A stretch of 64,000 bases of DNA from Candidatus Bathyarchaeum tardum (GCA_024650005.2 CP122380.1:1312001-1376000), one strand, 5' to 3'. Shown: positions 49,932-61,680, counted from the first letter of the stretch. The notes: generated by a model from the sequence alone, not told the origin. Made by a program: numbers and translations.

Positions 49932-51334
49932 AATTTCATGTAATCTGTTATTCTTTTTTGGAACAAAGCCCTTTGCAACAAATTACTTTTTTCGATCCAA
50001 TCCTTTAGTGGAATCTCAAACTTACTACCGATATGTTCTAACGCTTCTTTCATTGTATTGTATTTTTGCGGTTTTTGTTGCATTGCGTTTCGTACGTTTT
50101 CTCTGACTTGCCAGACCCCCACAGGCATGATGTATCCAGGATGGGCTTCTCGTAAAACAAACACAGTTGCTTGTCTTCGCTCTTTTAGAAGCAATTCTCC
50201 AACCGCTAAGCGCGCCGCGTAATAGCAGCCACCAATACTAGCGTAAGTTGTTCGTCCGTCATAACCTTCCCAGTCTGAAAACAAAAGAACATTCTCACTA
50301 GTTTGGTTCCAAGCCGTGCCAGGATACCATGCTTCCATGGCTTCGTATCCCCATTCTCTAGGGATCATCAAAATTTCAAATACGTTATCTAAATATCGGG
50401 ATTCATAAACACGGTAATCGTTGATTTCTGGATATGTTTTGATTTTTTTCATCATCTGTTTTGAGATTATGCTATCAACAGCAGTTATGCTCCAACGAGT
50501 CGGAACCAAACGGCGCTGTTTTTTCATTCCAAATGCACCTACGCTAAAGGCTCGCTGAATTTTTGTTACCATGGTTCCTTTCTGAAACAGTGTGGTTACT
50601 GCCTCAGAAGCGTGTAAGTCATCATCAAAGTAAGCTTTCTGGATTTGTTGGTCCCACTTAGAGTTTGATATTTCCATCTTTTTCAACGGCGCAGAGGGTC
50701 CAAAAGGCTGCACTTGGTCATCAATAACAAGGGTGCTAGCTGGCTTCCTTTTCAGATTCAGTTCAACGTCCACAGGTTTAACAGACAACGCTAAATCGAT
50801 TGTTTGATCCATTATTTTTCCTGATTCTTCAAACTTTTTCACGTGAACTCGATGCTTTCCCCGGACCAGTAACGAACGAAAACCCACAATTTCATCAATG
50901 CTTTTTCCAAACCATGATTCAGGTTGGTCATAACTACTTGTGTCGTCGTGGACAGGGGGAACGAGGGGTCCTGCATAAACATAAGGATAACCAATTCTGC
51001 CAACAAAAACTCCTGGAGGACAAGCTCCGTCCAAATCTGTGCTTTGCAAAATGGGAGCAGACCTAAAGTAAGAACTGAACCTCACAACTAAGGGGCATCT
51101 GGTTTTTCCACATAAAAACTTGCCTCCTTTGCATACGGCACAAAGATTGTTTTTGCCTGTTTTGGTTATTAGCTGGTTTTCGTTATAGTTTATATCCGCA
51201 GCAATGTTGTTATCATCTAAAAGTTGGCGAATCCAATTGTTGTCACTGGGTGTAGGCTTGGGTTTTTTTATTGGCATAATGATTTTGCCGTTTCTTTTTC
51301 CTCCAGTTATTCGCCTCATTACTATTCGCCGCAC
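49928..51334 (-). CDS. nreA: DNA repair protein NreA
   Basis: CAVCKGGKFLCGKTRCP, FVGRIGYP, RRLVPTRWSITAVD, GGCYYAARL, PVGVWQVRENVR, C-terminal PIP box QKRITDY; exact start uncertain. Confidence 0.93.
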   Translation of the reverse strand: MRRIVMRRITGGKRNGKIIMPIKKPKPTPSDNNWIRQLLDDNNIAADINYNENQLITKTGKNNLCAVCKGGKFLCGKTRCPLVVRFSSYFRSAPILQSTDLDGACPPGVFVGRIGYPYVYAGPLVPPVHDDTSSYDQPESWFGKSIDEIVGFRSLLVRGKHRVHVKKFEESGKIMDQTIDLALSVKPVDVELNLKRKPASTLVIDDQVQPFGPSAPLKKMEISNSKWDQQIQKAYFDDDLHASEAVTTLFQKGTMVTKIQRAFSVGAFGMKKQRRLVPTRWSITAVDSIISKQMMKKIKTYPEINDYRVYESRYLDNVFEILMIPREWGYEAMEAWYPGTAWNQTSENVLLFSDWEGYDGRTTYASIGGCYYAARLAVGELLLKERRQATVFVLREAHPGYIMPVGVWQVRENVRNAMQQKPQKYNTMKEALEHIGSKFEIPLKDWIEKSNLLQRALFQKRITDYMKF

Positions 51335-51391
51335 AACAGAAAGTAGATGTGTCAGTTGAGTTAGAAAAGATTTTTCTGTTCTGGCTTTTAA

Positions 51392-52129
<738 letters not shown>

Positions 52130-52223
52130 ATTTCTTTCCATTTTTTTGGAAGATGTTTCTTTTTTTCTGTTTTATTTTTAAACACTGGCAAAAAAATTTT
52201 AATGCTGTTTCTCAATTTTATTA

Positions 52224-52679
52224 TTGAAGTTTCATGTTTTCAAAAAAATCACAAAAAAGGTGAGGCTAATCATTTCTGCATTAATTCTCTTAGCTGGTTT
52301 AGGGTATCTGCTTTATTTGTATTTGATTTTTCCGGGATTAGTGCCTTTTCATGGCAGTGGAGAGCGGTTCACCCTTGTAGAATCTGAGAATTTTACCGCT
52401 GAAATGCCTTGGTATGCTAATACTAGATTGCATTTAAACATGCAAACTAATGATACAGTAAAGCTGTATGTTGATGGCGTGCATATATGTGATTATATAA
52501 GTTACGATTTGGTTATAGAACCAGATGAACAAATTTTAGTATCATTAACATCAGAACGCCCTGGTTCAGGCTACTTTATTGATTGGCAAGAAATTGCTTT
52601 TGAGAATCAATTGATTGCTTTAATTATTGTTGCCGTCGGTTTTTTGAGTATAGGAGTTACGGTAGCAAATAATCGGTAA
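52224..52679 (+). CDS. Hypothetical membrane protein (2 TM)
   Basis: N- and C-terminal hydrophobic helices flanking a beta-rich loop. Confidence 0.55.
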   Translation: MKFHVFKKITKKVRLIISALILLAGLGYLLYLYLIFPGLVPFHGSGERFTLVESENFTAEMPWYANTRLHLNMQTNDTVKLYVDGVHICDYISYDLVIEPDEQILVSLTSERPGSGYFIDWQEIAFENQLIALIIVAVGFLSIGVTVANNR

Positions 52680-52779
52680 TTTGTTGACTGCTGTTGTGAA
52701 ACCTTTATTTTGTTCTTGACGTTTTTCCATATTCATTCAGAGTTACGAGGCAATTTGCAGAATTTAGGAGATTTGAATA

Positions 52780-53661
52780 TTGAACGTTCAACTTAGGTGC
52801 ATTTCTTGTATTCTTAATCGTGGGTATTTGCAGATTCAAGAATCCACGGACGATAGGACTCTTCAGTTTAAGGTTTTGTCTGAAGTTTTACGTTTCTTAA
52901 CTGAAGAATTTACTCCAACAGCTAATCCCGCAGATTTAGGCACAAAACGGGACCGCTTGATTCGAAAAATGACTAACAAGTTTGACGTTTATGAACAAAA
53001 AAAGAAAACCAGTAACCAAAAAGCCCTTGAAGTTTTGCCGGTGGCGGAATCTATTGTTTGTGAGGAAACTTCTCCTGAGTTACGGTTTAGGAAGGCTTGT
53101 CTTTCTGCTATTGTAGGCAACATCATGGAGTTTGATTTACCGGATAATCCATTCAAGTTTTCTGACCTTAAGTGTTTGATTCAACAAGCTGAAGACGACT
53201 TAGCAATCGATGATATTTCAAAGATTTTTGAGAAAGCAAAGAACTCAAAACAGATTTTGTATTTGACAGACAACGCTGGAGAAATCGCACTAGACACATT
53301 ATTGGTTAAAGAACTGAAAAATCTTGGTGCAAATGTTATTGTGGCAGTTAAGGCGGGTCCTGTTCTTAACGATGCATTATTAGACGACGCTAAAGTTGTG
53401 GGAATGGATAAAATCGCAGACAAGGTTATGGTTACTGGTGCTGAATCAGTAGGATTGTTTGTTTCTGAATGTTCCCCAGAGTTTTTAGACCTTTATCGTT
53501 CTGTTGATTTTGTTGTTGCCAAGGGCATGGGTCATGCTGAAACACTAACGGGAGTTGAGTTGCTGGTTCCTCATGCTTTGTTGTTGCGCAGTAAATGTAG
53601 CACAGTTGCTAAACATTTTGGGGTTGAAACAGGAAAAAACATAGCCAAGTTGCTCCATTAA
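52780..53661 (+). CDS. DUF89/ARMT1-like damage-control phosphatase
   Basis: CISC, GNIMEF, LTDNAGEI..D, VLNDA, AKGMGH.E, KC..VA. Confidence 0.9.
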   Translation: MNVQLRCISCILNRGYLQIQESTDDRTLQFKVLSEVLRFLTEEFTPTANPADLGTKRDRLIRKMTNKFDVYEQKKKTSNQKALEVLPVAESIVCEETSPELRFRKACLSAIVGNIMEFDLPDNPFKFSDLKCLIQQAEDDLAIDDISKIFEKAKNSKQILYLTDNAGEIALDTLLVKELKNLGANVIVAVKAGPVLNDALLDDAKVVGMDKIADKVMVTGAESVGLFVSECSPEFLDLYRSVDFVVAKGMGHAETLTGVELLVPHALLLRSKCSTVAKHFGVETGKNIAKLLH

Positions 53662-53663
53662 AT

Positions 53664-55778
53664 TTGTTGGATGTCATTACTTTGGGGTTACCCAAACTAA
53701 GTCTGGGACGAAACATTCTTTCAAACCTTGAGGATGCTTTAACCCGAGAATGGATATTAACCAACGGGTTAGGGGGATATGCTTCTTCAACCGTTTTGGG
53801 AGTTAACACTCGTAAATACCATGGCTTACTTGTTGCATCCTTTAATCCTCCAATAAATCGCTGGGTTACATTGTCGAAACTTGATGAAACTGTCCAGATT
53901 GGCGATAAAACATATGATTTCGGGGCAAACGAGTTCCATGGCATCATGCACCCTAAGGGCTACCTGTTTCTTTCGGACTTTTCAGTCGCACCCTTTCCAA
54001 CTTTCAGTTATTTTGTTCAAGGGGTCAGCCTCCAAAAAACAATATTTATGCCGTACCAAAAAAACGCAACCGCAGTAATCTACAAGGTTACCAACCCAAC
54101 TGACCAAAAGGTATCTGTTTTTGTTTCTCCCCTTGTTAATTCGCGTCATATCTACCAGATTACTGACAAAAACAAAATAGATTGGAATTTTATTCAAAAC
54201 AAAAATGAAAACACGGTAACCATTCAGCCATCAAACTCGGTTTCTTCTCTTATTTTATCTAGTAGTAAAGGTTCTTTTGTTGAGGAATATTGGTGGATTG
54301 AAAAACTGTTTTACAGGGTTGATTCTTCACGAAACGAAAGCAGTACAGAAGACAACTACAGACCAGGTTTTTTTCAATTTGTTGTTGAACCCAACCAAAC
54401 AAAGCATTTTCATATTCTTGCGGTGGCAGCAGAAACAACTGAACAAGCCAAGAGCCTTTTTTCATCATTTGGCAAAAAAAATGGTGATATTAATTTGTTA
54501 TATCGCCAAGAATTAAACAGACATAAAGGTTTGTTGAATACATTTCAGAAACACAATTCTAGTTTGGAACAAAAAGAATGGTTAAACTGGATTGTTCAGG
54601 CAGCTGACTCTTTTATTGTGGAACGGGCTTCAACCCAAACAAAATCGGTTATTGCAGGTTATCCATGGTTTGAAGATTGGGGTCGAGATGCTCTGATTTC
54701 TTTGCCTGGTTTGACATTGGTTACTGGAAAGTTTGATGATGCCCGAGAGATTTTGTTAACTTTTGGTCACTATTGTCGTGATGGAATTGTTCCTAACCGT
54801 TTCTCTGACAAGGCAGGAGACATTCCCCTGTATAATACGGTAGATGCAACTTTGTGGTTCTTTAATGCAGTTCTCCAGTACCTAAAATATACTGGAGATT
54901 ATGAGTTTATTAAAAAAAATCTTTGGAGCACTCTAACAAACATCATTGAGAATCATGTTAACGGAACAATCTATGGCATCAATTTGGACACAGATGGCTT
55001 GCTTGCTCACGGTTCCCAACTTACTTGGATGGATGCCGCTACTGTTGACGGTTTTGTGACGCCCCGAAAAGGGAAAGCAGTAGAAATTCAAGCCTTATGG
55101 TATAATGCCCTAAAAACAATGCAGCTTTTAGCAAGCTGGTTTAATCAGGAAGATAAACGAAAAAACTATTCAAACATGGCTCAAAACACAAAAATTAGTT
55201 TTGAAGAAAAGTTTTGGAACAAAAAAGGTGAATACCTTTTTGATGTGATAACTGAGGATAATGCAGATTCATCGTTGCGCCCTAACCAGTTAATTGCATT
55301 GTCGTTGGATTTCCCGGTTCTTGAATCTTCAAAAAGATTGCGGGTTGTTGATGTCGTCTGGAAGCGTTTGTGGGGAACTTTTGGTTTGAAAACTCTTCCT
55401 GAAACAGATTCTAGATATCATGGCGTCTATCTGGGTGATTGGTCACATCGTGATAACGCTTATCATAATGGAACAGTTTGGCCATGGCTTTTAGGTCCAT
55501 TTGTTACTGCTTTTACCAAAACTCGGGATCATCAAGCCCCTTGGCGGCGATTTGCTTTAAAGAACTTTTTAGAACCCCTGTTCCAAGATCACCTTTACCA
55601 CGCGGGTCTGGGAACAATAAGTGAAATATTTGATGGTAACGAACCCCACAAACCCCGTGGCTGTATTTCTCAAGCTTGGAGTGTAGCCGAACCCTTACGA
55701 GCATATGTTGAAGACATAGAATTTATTCGTCCAAAACATGAAAAAGAAGTTTTGGGCATGTTAGTTATCGGTAAATAA
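53664..55778 (+). CDS. Glycogen debranching enzyme (amylo-alpha-1,6-glucosidase, GH133)
   Basis: EWILTNGLGGYASST, IAGYPWFEDWGRD, LTWMDA, RPNQ, YHNGTVWPWL, QAWSVAE. Confidence 0.93.
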   Translation: MLDVITLGLPKLSLGRNILSNLEDALTREWILTNGLGGYASSTVLGVNTRKYHGLLVASFNPPINRWVTLSKLDETVQIGDKTYDFGANEFHGIMHPKGYLFLSDFSVAPFPTFSYFVQGVSLQKTIFMPYQKNATAVIYKVTNPTDQKVSVFVSPLVNSRHIYQITDKNKIDWNFIQNKNENTVTIQPSNSVSSLILSSSKGSFVEEYWWIEKLFYRVDSSRNESSTEDNYRPGFFQFVVEPNQTKHFHILAVAAETTEQAKSLFSSFGKKNGDINLLYRQELNRHKGLLNTFQKHNSSLEQKEWLNWIVQAADSFIVERASTQTKSVIAGYPWFEDWGRDALISLPGLTLVTGKFDDAREILLTFGHYCRDGIVPNRFSDKAGDIPLYNTVDATLWFFNAVLQYLKYTGDYEFIKKNLWSTLTNIIENHVNGTIYGINLDTDGLLAHGSQLTWMDAATVDGFVTPRKGKAVEIQALWYNALKTMQLLASWFNQEDKRKNYSNMAQNTKISFEEKFWNKKGEYLFDVITEDNADSSLRPNQLIALSLDFPVLESSKRLRVVDVVWKRLWGTFGLKTLPETDSRYHGVYLGDWSHRDNAYHNGTVWPWLLGPFVTAFTKTRDHQAPWRRFALKNFLEPLFQDHLYHAGLGTISEIFDGNEPHKPRGCISQAWSVAEPLRAYVEDIEFIRPKHEKEVLGMLVIGK

Positions 55779-55804
55779 AAATCATCTTAGTTTGTTGTTT
55801 TTAA

Positions 55805-56890
55805 TTAAATTTGTATTTCGCCGTTTTGTTTCATAATTAATGTTGAAGCTTCCTCGATGCTGATTTCTTTTTTTATAACTTTTTTCCAAAGACCATATAG
55901 ACTCTGGGTGGTCATGAAAACGGTGTTGTTTGTTTCAAAGAAAAGTTTAGCGACAGGACCAATTTGGGGTTGGTTTTTTCTGTTTTCGAGGGGCTGATCT
56001 TTGTATGTATTTGCTACAACTAGGTTTTTTGTTTTATATCTCTGGTTCTCAATTAACGTGATTGCTCGGTTAACTTTTGGGTCATTTATTTCAACTTGTC
56101 CTTTTGACGAAATTACCTGAACCTGAACGCCATTTGGGTTTGGTATGTCGTAAATGGTGGTGGCGGGTATTCCAATTTCTTCTAGAATTAGAAAAACGGT
56201 GCCAGTAATTTTTCTGTCATCTGAGGAAAACAAGTTACGGTGATCTTTAGTTGTTTCTTCTTCAATTTTTTGTTCAAATACTTGAGGTTCAATCTGATTT
56301 TGCTCAGGGCAATTATTTGTTTGGTTTTTTGTTGATAGGTTGATTAGTAATCCTATTGCATCCAGGTGGTTTGATTTTGTTGGTTTGGGCAGAAAATGGA
56401 TTTTTCCTCGGTCTAACATTGTTATTGTTGCTGCTATTGGGTTGTTTTCTTTGTTTGTGGCGATGGCGTCAAAACAGATGTTATCGGTGTCTTGCCAATG
56501 GAGTTCGTTGTCCCATTGAAGCACATTTTTGAAATATTCAGCAAAGTTTTCGTCTATTATGTTAATTGTTTTTCCGAGCAACATAGGGTTAACAGTTAGT
56601 TTTTGTGGAAACGGCATCCATGCAAAGTTTAAAGGGATTTCTTTAAACAAAATATTGAAGGGTTTATCCATTATACAAAAAATTTTTTTGTAGTCTCTCA
56701 TGAAAATTCGTGACGTTCTTTTGAGGATTCCAATGTTGGTAAACAACGTTCGTGGATAATCTTTAGGAAAATAAGTCAAATCAATAATTATACAATCATA
56801 TTTTTCTAGGTTATCACCAAAGGGTTTTGTCCACTCGATAATGTCTGCTTGCTCATGAGGTGTAGAACCGATAAGCAGTATTTTTTTCAC
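55805..56890 (-). CDS. Hypothetical protein; C-terminus resembles a degenerate restriction-endonuclease fold
   Basis: 361-aa ORF; VQVISSKG...KNLVVANTYKDQPLENR. Confidence 0.55.
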   Translation of the reverse strand: MKKILLIGSTPHEQADIIEWTKPFGDNLEKYDCIIIDLTYFPKDYPRTLFTNIGILKRTSRIFMRDYKKIFCIMDKPFNILFKEIPLNFAWMPFPQKLTVNPMLLGKTINIIDENFAEYFKNVLQWDNELHWQDTDNICFDAIATNKENNPIAATITMLDRGKIHFLPKPTKSNHLDAIGLLINLSTKNQTNNCPEQNQIEPQVFEQKIEEETTKDHRNLFSSDDRKITGTVFLILEEIGIPATTIYDIPNPNGVQVQVISSKGQVEINDPKVNRAITLIENQRYKTKNLVVANTYKDQPLENRKNQPQIGPVAKLFFETNNTVFMTTQSLYGLWKKVIKKEISIEEASTLIMKQNGEIQI

Positions 56891-57053
56891 GAGCAGTTTA
56901 ACTCCTTTTCTTGTTTTAAGATCAATAACTAGTTTTGGTTTTTATAAATTTGGGAAAAACTCAAACATTAATGAGCTTATTTTTTGATTAATCCTAAAAA
57001 TTAGGTTAACTTGGTGAAGTTACCCAAAAATTATATTCTTTAACTTCAAATAT

Positions 57054-57854
57054 TTGATGAAAGGTGAAAATTTAATGAAAATTTCTCGCTTACTGGTCAT
57101 TGTTTCTTGTTTGTGTCTTCTTGGTTACATATACAACGGAGTTGTCTTCGGGCTATCTTCAGATGACGCAAGTGTAACCGTTAATTTTTCAGATGAAACT
57201 CCATCCCAAGGCAGTGCTGTCATTGTTACTGTAACGTTAACAAATCTAGGCTCAAACAAGTTAGAAGTTTATTATTTTGGTCTTAATTTTGATTGGATGG
57301 AAAAAGAACAGTTTGCTGGTCACGACTTGTCAGATAACCCTGCAATTGTTTCTGCAGGTGGAACTTACACTTTTTCGCCAGTAACCTTACAAATTCCCTC
57401 AAATGCATCCGTTGGAGCCCACAGTTACTTTGTTGGAATAGACGGATACGAAGGTGAAACAGAAATTTTTTCATGGGATTCCCCAACTAAAGTAATAGTT
57501 ATTCAGGACTCATGGAAAAAAATATACAATGACCTAGTCGACCAAACAGCCAACAACATAACAATAGCTGAAAATACACAATATAAAAGCCCAGTAGCTC
57601 AATCCTATTTGGAACAGGCACAAAAAGCATATTCTACCGCGTTAGACTATGCATCTCAAGAAAGCTATGAAAACGCCATTTCTTCCCTGCAAAGTGCTTC
57701 TATTTATCTAGAACAAGCCGAAACCGAGGAAGAAACTTATGTTGAACCCGAACCGCAACAAGATTTAAGCTTGATTATTATCGGTTTGTCCGTAGCTGCA
57801 GTATTAATCATTGTGGTGGTACTTATCTTACTACGAAGAAAACCAAAAACATAA
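57054..57854 (+). CDS. Secreted, C-terminally anchored protein (Ig-like plus helical domain)
   Basis: Signal peptide; VTVTLTN...LQIPSNASVG.H Ig-like region; C-terminal TM + RRKPK. Confidence 0.7.
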   Translation: MMKGENLMKISRLLVIVSCLCLLGYIYNGVVFGLSSDDASVTVNFSDETPSQGSAVIVTVTLTNLGSNKLEVYYFGLNFDWMEKEQFAGHDLSDNPAIVSAGGTYTFSPVTLQIPSNASVGAHSYFVGIDGYEGETEIFSWDSPTKVIVIQDSWKKIYNDLVDQTANNITIAENTQYKSPVAQSYLEQAQKAYSTALDYASQESYENAISSLQSASIYLEQAETEEETYVEPEPQQDLSLIIIGLSVAAVLIIVVVLILLRRKPKT

Positions 57855-58114
57855 TCACTCATGACGTTTACCAAAAAAACTCATTTTTTGAGCGCCCATT
57901 TTTTCACATTTTTTAACATATTAATATTCTAAGCGTAGTGTCCCATTAAGAAAACCAGTTTTTTTAAAAAAATCAACCCAAAAACATGCAGAGTTAATAG
58001 ACCACAAACATATTAGAATCTGCAGAAAGAGATAACTTATGTTGTTGAACAAGAACTTATTAAAAGGGATGTTGGTTTTGTTTTTGTGTCTTTGTTTGTG
58101 TTTTGTGGTTAACT

Positions 58115-59713
58115 ATGACTGATGTTTGTTTAATGTTTGAAGTTCATCAGCCGTTCCGGTTGAACAGAAGCTTTCATTCTGATTTGCTTGCTAAAGGTAA
58201 AGCTACCAAACAAGACCTTTTTGATTTGTACTTTGATAACAGTTTAAACCGTTACGTTTTCGAACGTGCCGCAAGAAAATGCTACCTGCCCTCAAACAAA
58301 ATTATTCTTGAACAAATTAACAAAACCAAAGACGCTGGTAAACCTTTCAAGGTAGCATTTGGCTTATCTGGAGTGTTTCTTGAACAATGCGAATTATACG
58401 AACCTGAAATTATTGAATCTTTCAGAAAGCTTGCACAAACAGATTGTGTAGAATTCATGGATGAAACTTATTTTCATTCCCTATCTAGCCTATTTGACAA
58501 TGACCGTTCAGAATTTATTGAACAAATCAAAATGCACCGAAAACTCATGACTGAACTGATTGGTTACACGCCAACTTTTATTGAAAACACTGAATTATTG
58601 TACAATAATTCTATCGCAAAAACAATGGAAACAATGGGTTACCAAGGAACAGTAACCGAAGGCGTCCAGCAAACCCTGGGAGGAAGAAACCCAAATTATG
58701 TTTACAAAGCTAAAGACTCTGAGCTTCGAGTTTTACTGCGCAATTATAATCTTTCTGATGATATAGGTTTTCGGTTTTCTTCTCACTGGTGGAATGAATA
58801 TCCCTTAACTGCCACAAAATATGCCCAATGGCTCGCTGGAACACAAGGACAGGTTATAGTAATTTTTGTGGACTACGAAACTTTCGGGGAACACCACTGG
58901 CCAGAAACTGGAATTCATGAGTTTTTGAAAGCTTTGCCCCATGAAGTAAATAAATGGCATCATCTGAATTGGAGAACCCCAACAGAAGTCATTGAACGGC
59001 ATGAGCCAGTTGGAGAAGTGGACATCCATGAATACAACACAGTTTCGTGGGCAGACATAGAACGAGACACGAGTGCATGGATTGGAAATCCCATTCAAAA
59101 CATTTGTTATGAATCTTTAAAAGAACTTGAACCTTTAATCAAAGGAATTGGAGATAAAGAATTAATCTGGTTATGGCGTTACCTCCAACAAAGTGACCAT
59201 TTGTATTACATGTCCATGAAAGGTGGAGGACCCGGAGATGTACATAATTATTTCAGTTCCATGGGCAGCCCGGTAGAGGCTTTTGCAGTTTACTCTAGAA
59301 TTCTGTCCGACCTGGAAGCAAGAGTCCGCCTAGAACTAGAAAAGCCTGAATTGGCCGCAAAAATGCTTCTACGACGACTGCCGTCAGGCATGGGATTTAC
59401 CTTTTCTTACGAGTTCCCATTATCTTCGGGATTGACTGTGCAAAGTGTTCAAAAATTTTATTCTGAATTAAAAACAATAAACGTGCGTGCCATTGAATTT
59501 CATATGGAACAAGGAGACTTCGAACGCTGGATAAGTCAAGTGGTCGGAGATGACAAGTTAGCGTCTCAGATACAACGGATCAGTGAATCAAAGAAAAAAT
59601 TGAAAGGTGAACCGTTGCGCAAAAAACTTTTGAATGTTCTTGAGAAGAGATTAAATGAACTGAACAATATTACAGTTCCAAAATCTGCAACCTTAAAGAA
59701 GCAGAAAAAATGA
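58115..59713 (+). CDS. GH57 alpha-amylase with C-terminal DUF5752-like domain
   Basis: FEVHQP, ETYFHSL, NTELLY, LSDDIGFRFS, DYETFGEH, SWAD.ERD, SDHLYYM; tail IEFHMEQGDFERWI..VVGD..LA. Confidence 0.92.
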   Translation: MTDVCLMFEVHQPFRLNRSFHSDLLAKGKATKQDLFDLYFDNSLNRYVFERAARKCYLPSNKIILEQINKTKDAGKPFKVAFGLSGVFLEQCELYEPEIIESFRKLAQTDCVEFMDETYFHSLSSLFDNDRSEFIEQIKMHRKLMTELIGYTPTFIENTELLYNNSIAKTMETMGYQGTVTEGVQQTLGGRNPNYVYKAKDSELRVLLRNYNLSDDIGFRFSSHWWNEYPLTATKYAQWLAGTQGQVIVIFVDYETFGEHHWPETGIHEFLKALPHEVNKWHHLNWRTPTEVIERHEPVGEVDIHEYNTVSWADIERDTSAWIGNPIQNICYESLKELEPLIKGIGDKELIWLWRYLQQSDHLYYMSMKGGGPGDVHNYFSSMGSPVEAFAVYSRILSDLEARVRLELEKPELAAKMLLRRLPSGMGFTFSYEFPLSSGLTVQSVQKFYSELKTINVRAIEFHMEQGDFERWISQVVGDDKLASQIQRISESKKKLKGEPLRKKLLNVLEKRLNELNNITVPKSATLKKQKK

Positions 59714-59757
59714 GTATAATACAACTTTACACTAATTGTAGGTGCACGTGAGAGAAA

Positions 59758-61524
59758 ATGCTCAGAGACCCCGTTTGTGGAATGCCTTTAACAGAACCCA
59801 AAGAAGAATTCAAAGCTGAAGTACGGGGAAAAACATACTATTTTTGTGGAGAATACTGTAAACGATCCTTTTTGCGGGGAAAAAAGATTGCCTATTTTTC
59901 AATGGAAATAGGGTTAGAAAACAACATTCCCACATACAGTGGAGGTTTAGGTGTACTAGCTGGCGACGTTATCAAATCAAGTGCAGACCTTAAGATTCCC
60001 CTTGTTGGAGTAACTCTTGTTAGCCGAAAAGGATACCTGAAACAGGAACTCAATGATGGGAAACAAATTGAACATTATGACGTTTGGGATCCTTCGGGGG
60101 CAATGAACGAGTTACCTAACCAAGTCGAACTACAAATTCAAAACCGAACAGTCAAAGTAAAAGCTTGGATGTACGATTACCAAAGCCCTTCAGGAGGTTT
60201 AGTATCTGTTCTGTTTCTTGATACAAATGTTGAAGGCAATTCTGTTGAAGACCGAGAAATTACCTCGGTTCTGTATGGGGGTGACCGAGAATACCGCCTT
60301 AAACAAGAAATCGTTTTGGGTGTTGGCGGCGTTAAAATCTTAGATGCAGCAGGATTTAACATTGGAAAATATCACATGAATGAAGGGCATTCGAGTTTTT
60401 TGACGTTACAGTTGCTTGCAGAAAATGGCAAAGACATCGATAACGTCCGTGATCTTTGCATATTTACCACTCATACTCCTGTGGAAGCAGGACATGACAA
60501 GTTCTCTTATGAGCTAGTTCAAAACATGTTAGGCGACTTGGTTTCTTTGGAAACTTTAATGAAATTAGGTGGTGACGACCAACTTAACATGACTCGTTTA
60601 GCCCTTAATACTAGTAAATACGTGAACGGAGTCGCAAAACGGCACAAAGAATTTTCATTAACACTTTTTCCAGGCTATAATATTTCAGCGATTACTAATG
60701 GTGTTCATTCTTTTAGTTGGACCTGCAAATGCTTCAGAGTCCTTCTTGATAAATATTTACCAGGCTGGGCAAACGAACCCGAATTGTTGGTCAGGATTGA
60801 CAGTATCCCTGATGAAGAGGTCTGGCGTGCCCACATGGAAGCAAAAGAAAATTTGATACGATATGTCCGTGAAAAGTCCGGTGTGCAGTTGGCTGCTGAT
60901 GTTCTTACTTTAGGTTTTGCACGAAGATTTACGGGATACAAAAGGGCAACTTTGTTGTTTTCTAACCTGAAACGGTTGGAAGAAATCAACAAGAAAGGAA
61001 AGATTCAGGTAGTTTTTGCAGGTAAAGCACATCCAAAAGATTGGATGGGAAAACGGTTAATTGAAGAAATTAATGAATTACAAGAAAAACTAAGGGACAC
61101 GATGAAAATCGTTTATCTTGAAAACTATGGTCTTGAAATGGCATCATTGTATACATCAGGCGTGGATGTTTGGTTGAACACTCCAATACCGCCTTTTGAA
61201 GCTTCAGGTACAAGTGGAATGAAGGCTGCCCACAATGGGGTAATCAACTTTAGTGTTTTGGATGGATGGTGGATAGAAGGCTGCATCGAAGGCGTTACAG
61301 GTTGGGCTATTGGACCATCACCAAAAGAAGAGATGGAAGACGCAGAACGAAGGCGTTTAGAGATTACTCAACTTTATGATAAACTTGATTACCTGATTAT
61401 TCCAACTTTTTACAAAAATCGGGATGATTGGATAAAATTAATGAAGAATTCAATCGGGAAAGTCGCCTACTACTTTAATAGTCACCGTATGATGCGTAGA
61501 TACGCATCAGAAGCATATTTATAA
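59758..61524 (+). CDS. glgP: Alpha-glucan phosphorylase (GT35) with N-terminal YHS/TRASH domain
   Basis: DPVCGM...YYFCGEYC, then AYFSMEIG, YSGGLGVLAGD, HMNEGH, FTTHTP, ARRFTGYKR, EASGTSGMKA. Confidence 0.93.
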   Translation: MLRDPVCGMPLTEPKEEFKAEVRGKTYYFCGEYCKRSFLRGKKIAYFSMEIGLENNIPTYSGGLGVLAGDVIKSSADLKIPLVGVTLVSRKGYLKQELNDGKQIEHYDVWDPSGAMNELPNQVELQIQNRTVKVKAWMYDYQSPSGGLVSVLFLDTNVEGNSVEDREITSVLYGGDREYRLKQEIVLGVGGVKILDAAGFNIGKYHMNEGHSSFLTLQLLAENGKDIDNVRDLCIFTTHTPVEAGHDKFSYELVQNMLGDLVSLETLMKLGGDDQLNMTRLALNTSKYVNGVAKRHKEFSLTLFPGYNISAITNGVHSFSWTCKCFRVLLDKYLPGWANEPELLVRIDSIPDEEVWRAHMEAKENLIRYVREKSGVQLAADVLTLGFARRFTGYKRATLLFSNLKRLEEINKKGKIQVVFAGKAHPKDWMGKRLIEEINELQEKLRDTMKIVYLENYGLEMASLYTSGVDVWLNTPIPPFEASGTSGMKAAHNGVINFSVLDGWWIEGCIEGVTGWAIGPSPKEEMEDAERRRLEITQLYDKLDYLIIPTFYKNRDDWIKLMKNSIGKVAYYFNSHRMMRRYASEAYL

Positions 61525-61680
61525 AAGAAAAATACTGCACCATTATAATTTTTTTGTTTAGTTTATATTAAATAACTCAGTTTTGACGTACATTCAATTG
61601 TTTAATGTCATCTCTTTGTGTTGACAGTATTTTTGTGGTGATTGTTTTTGAACCGAAGGTTTTATATGAAACATAATACA

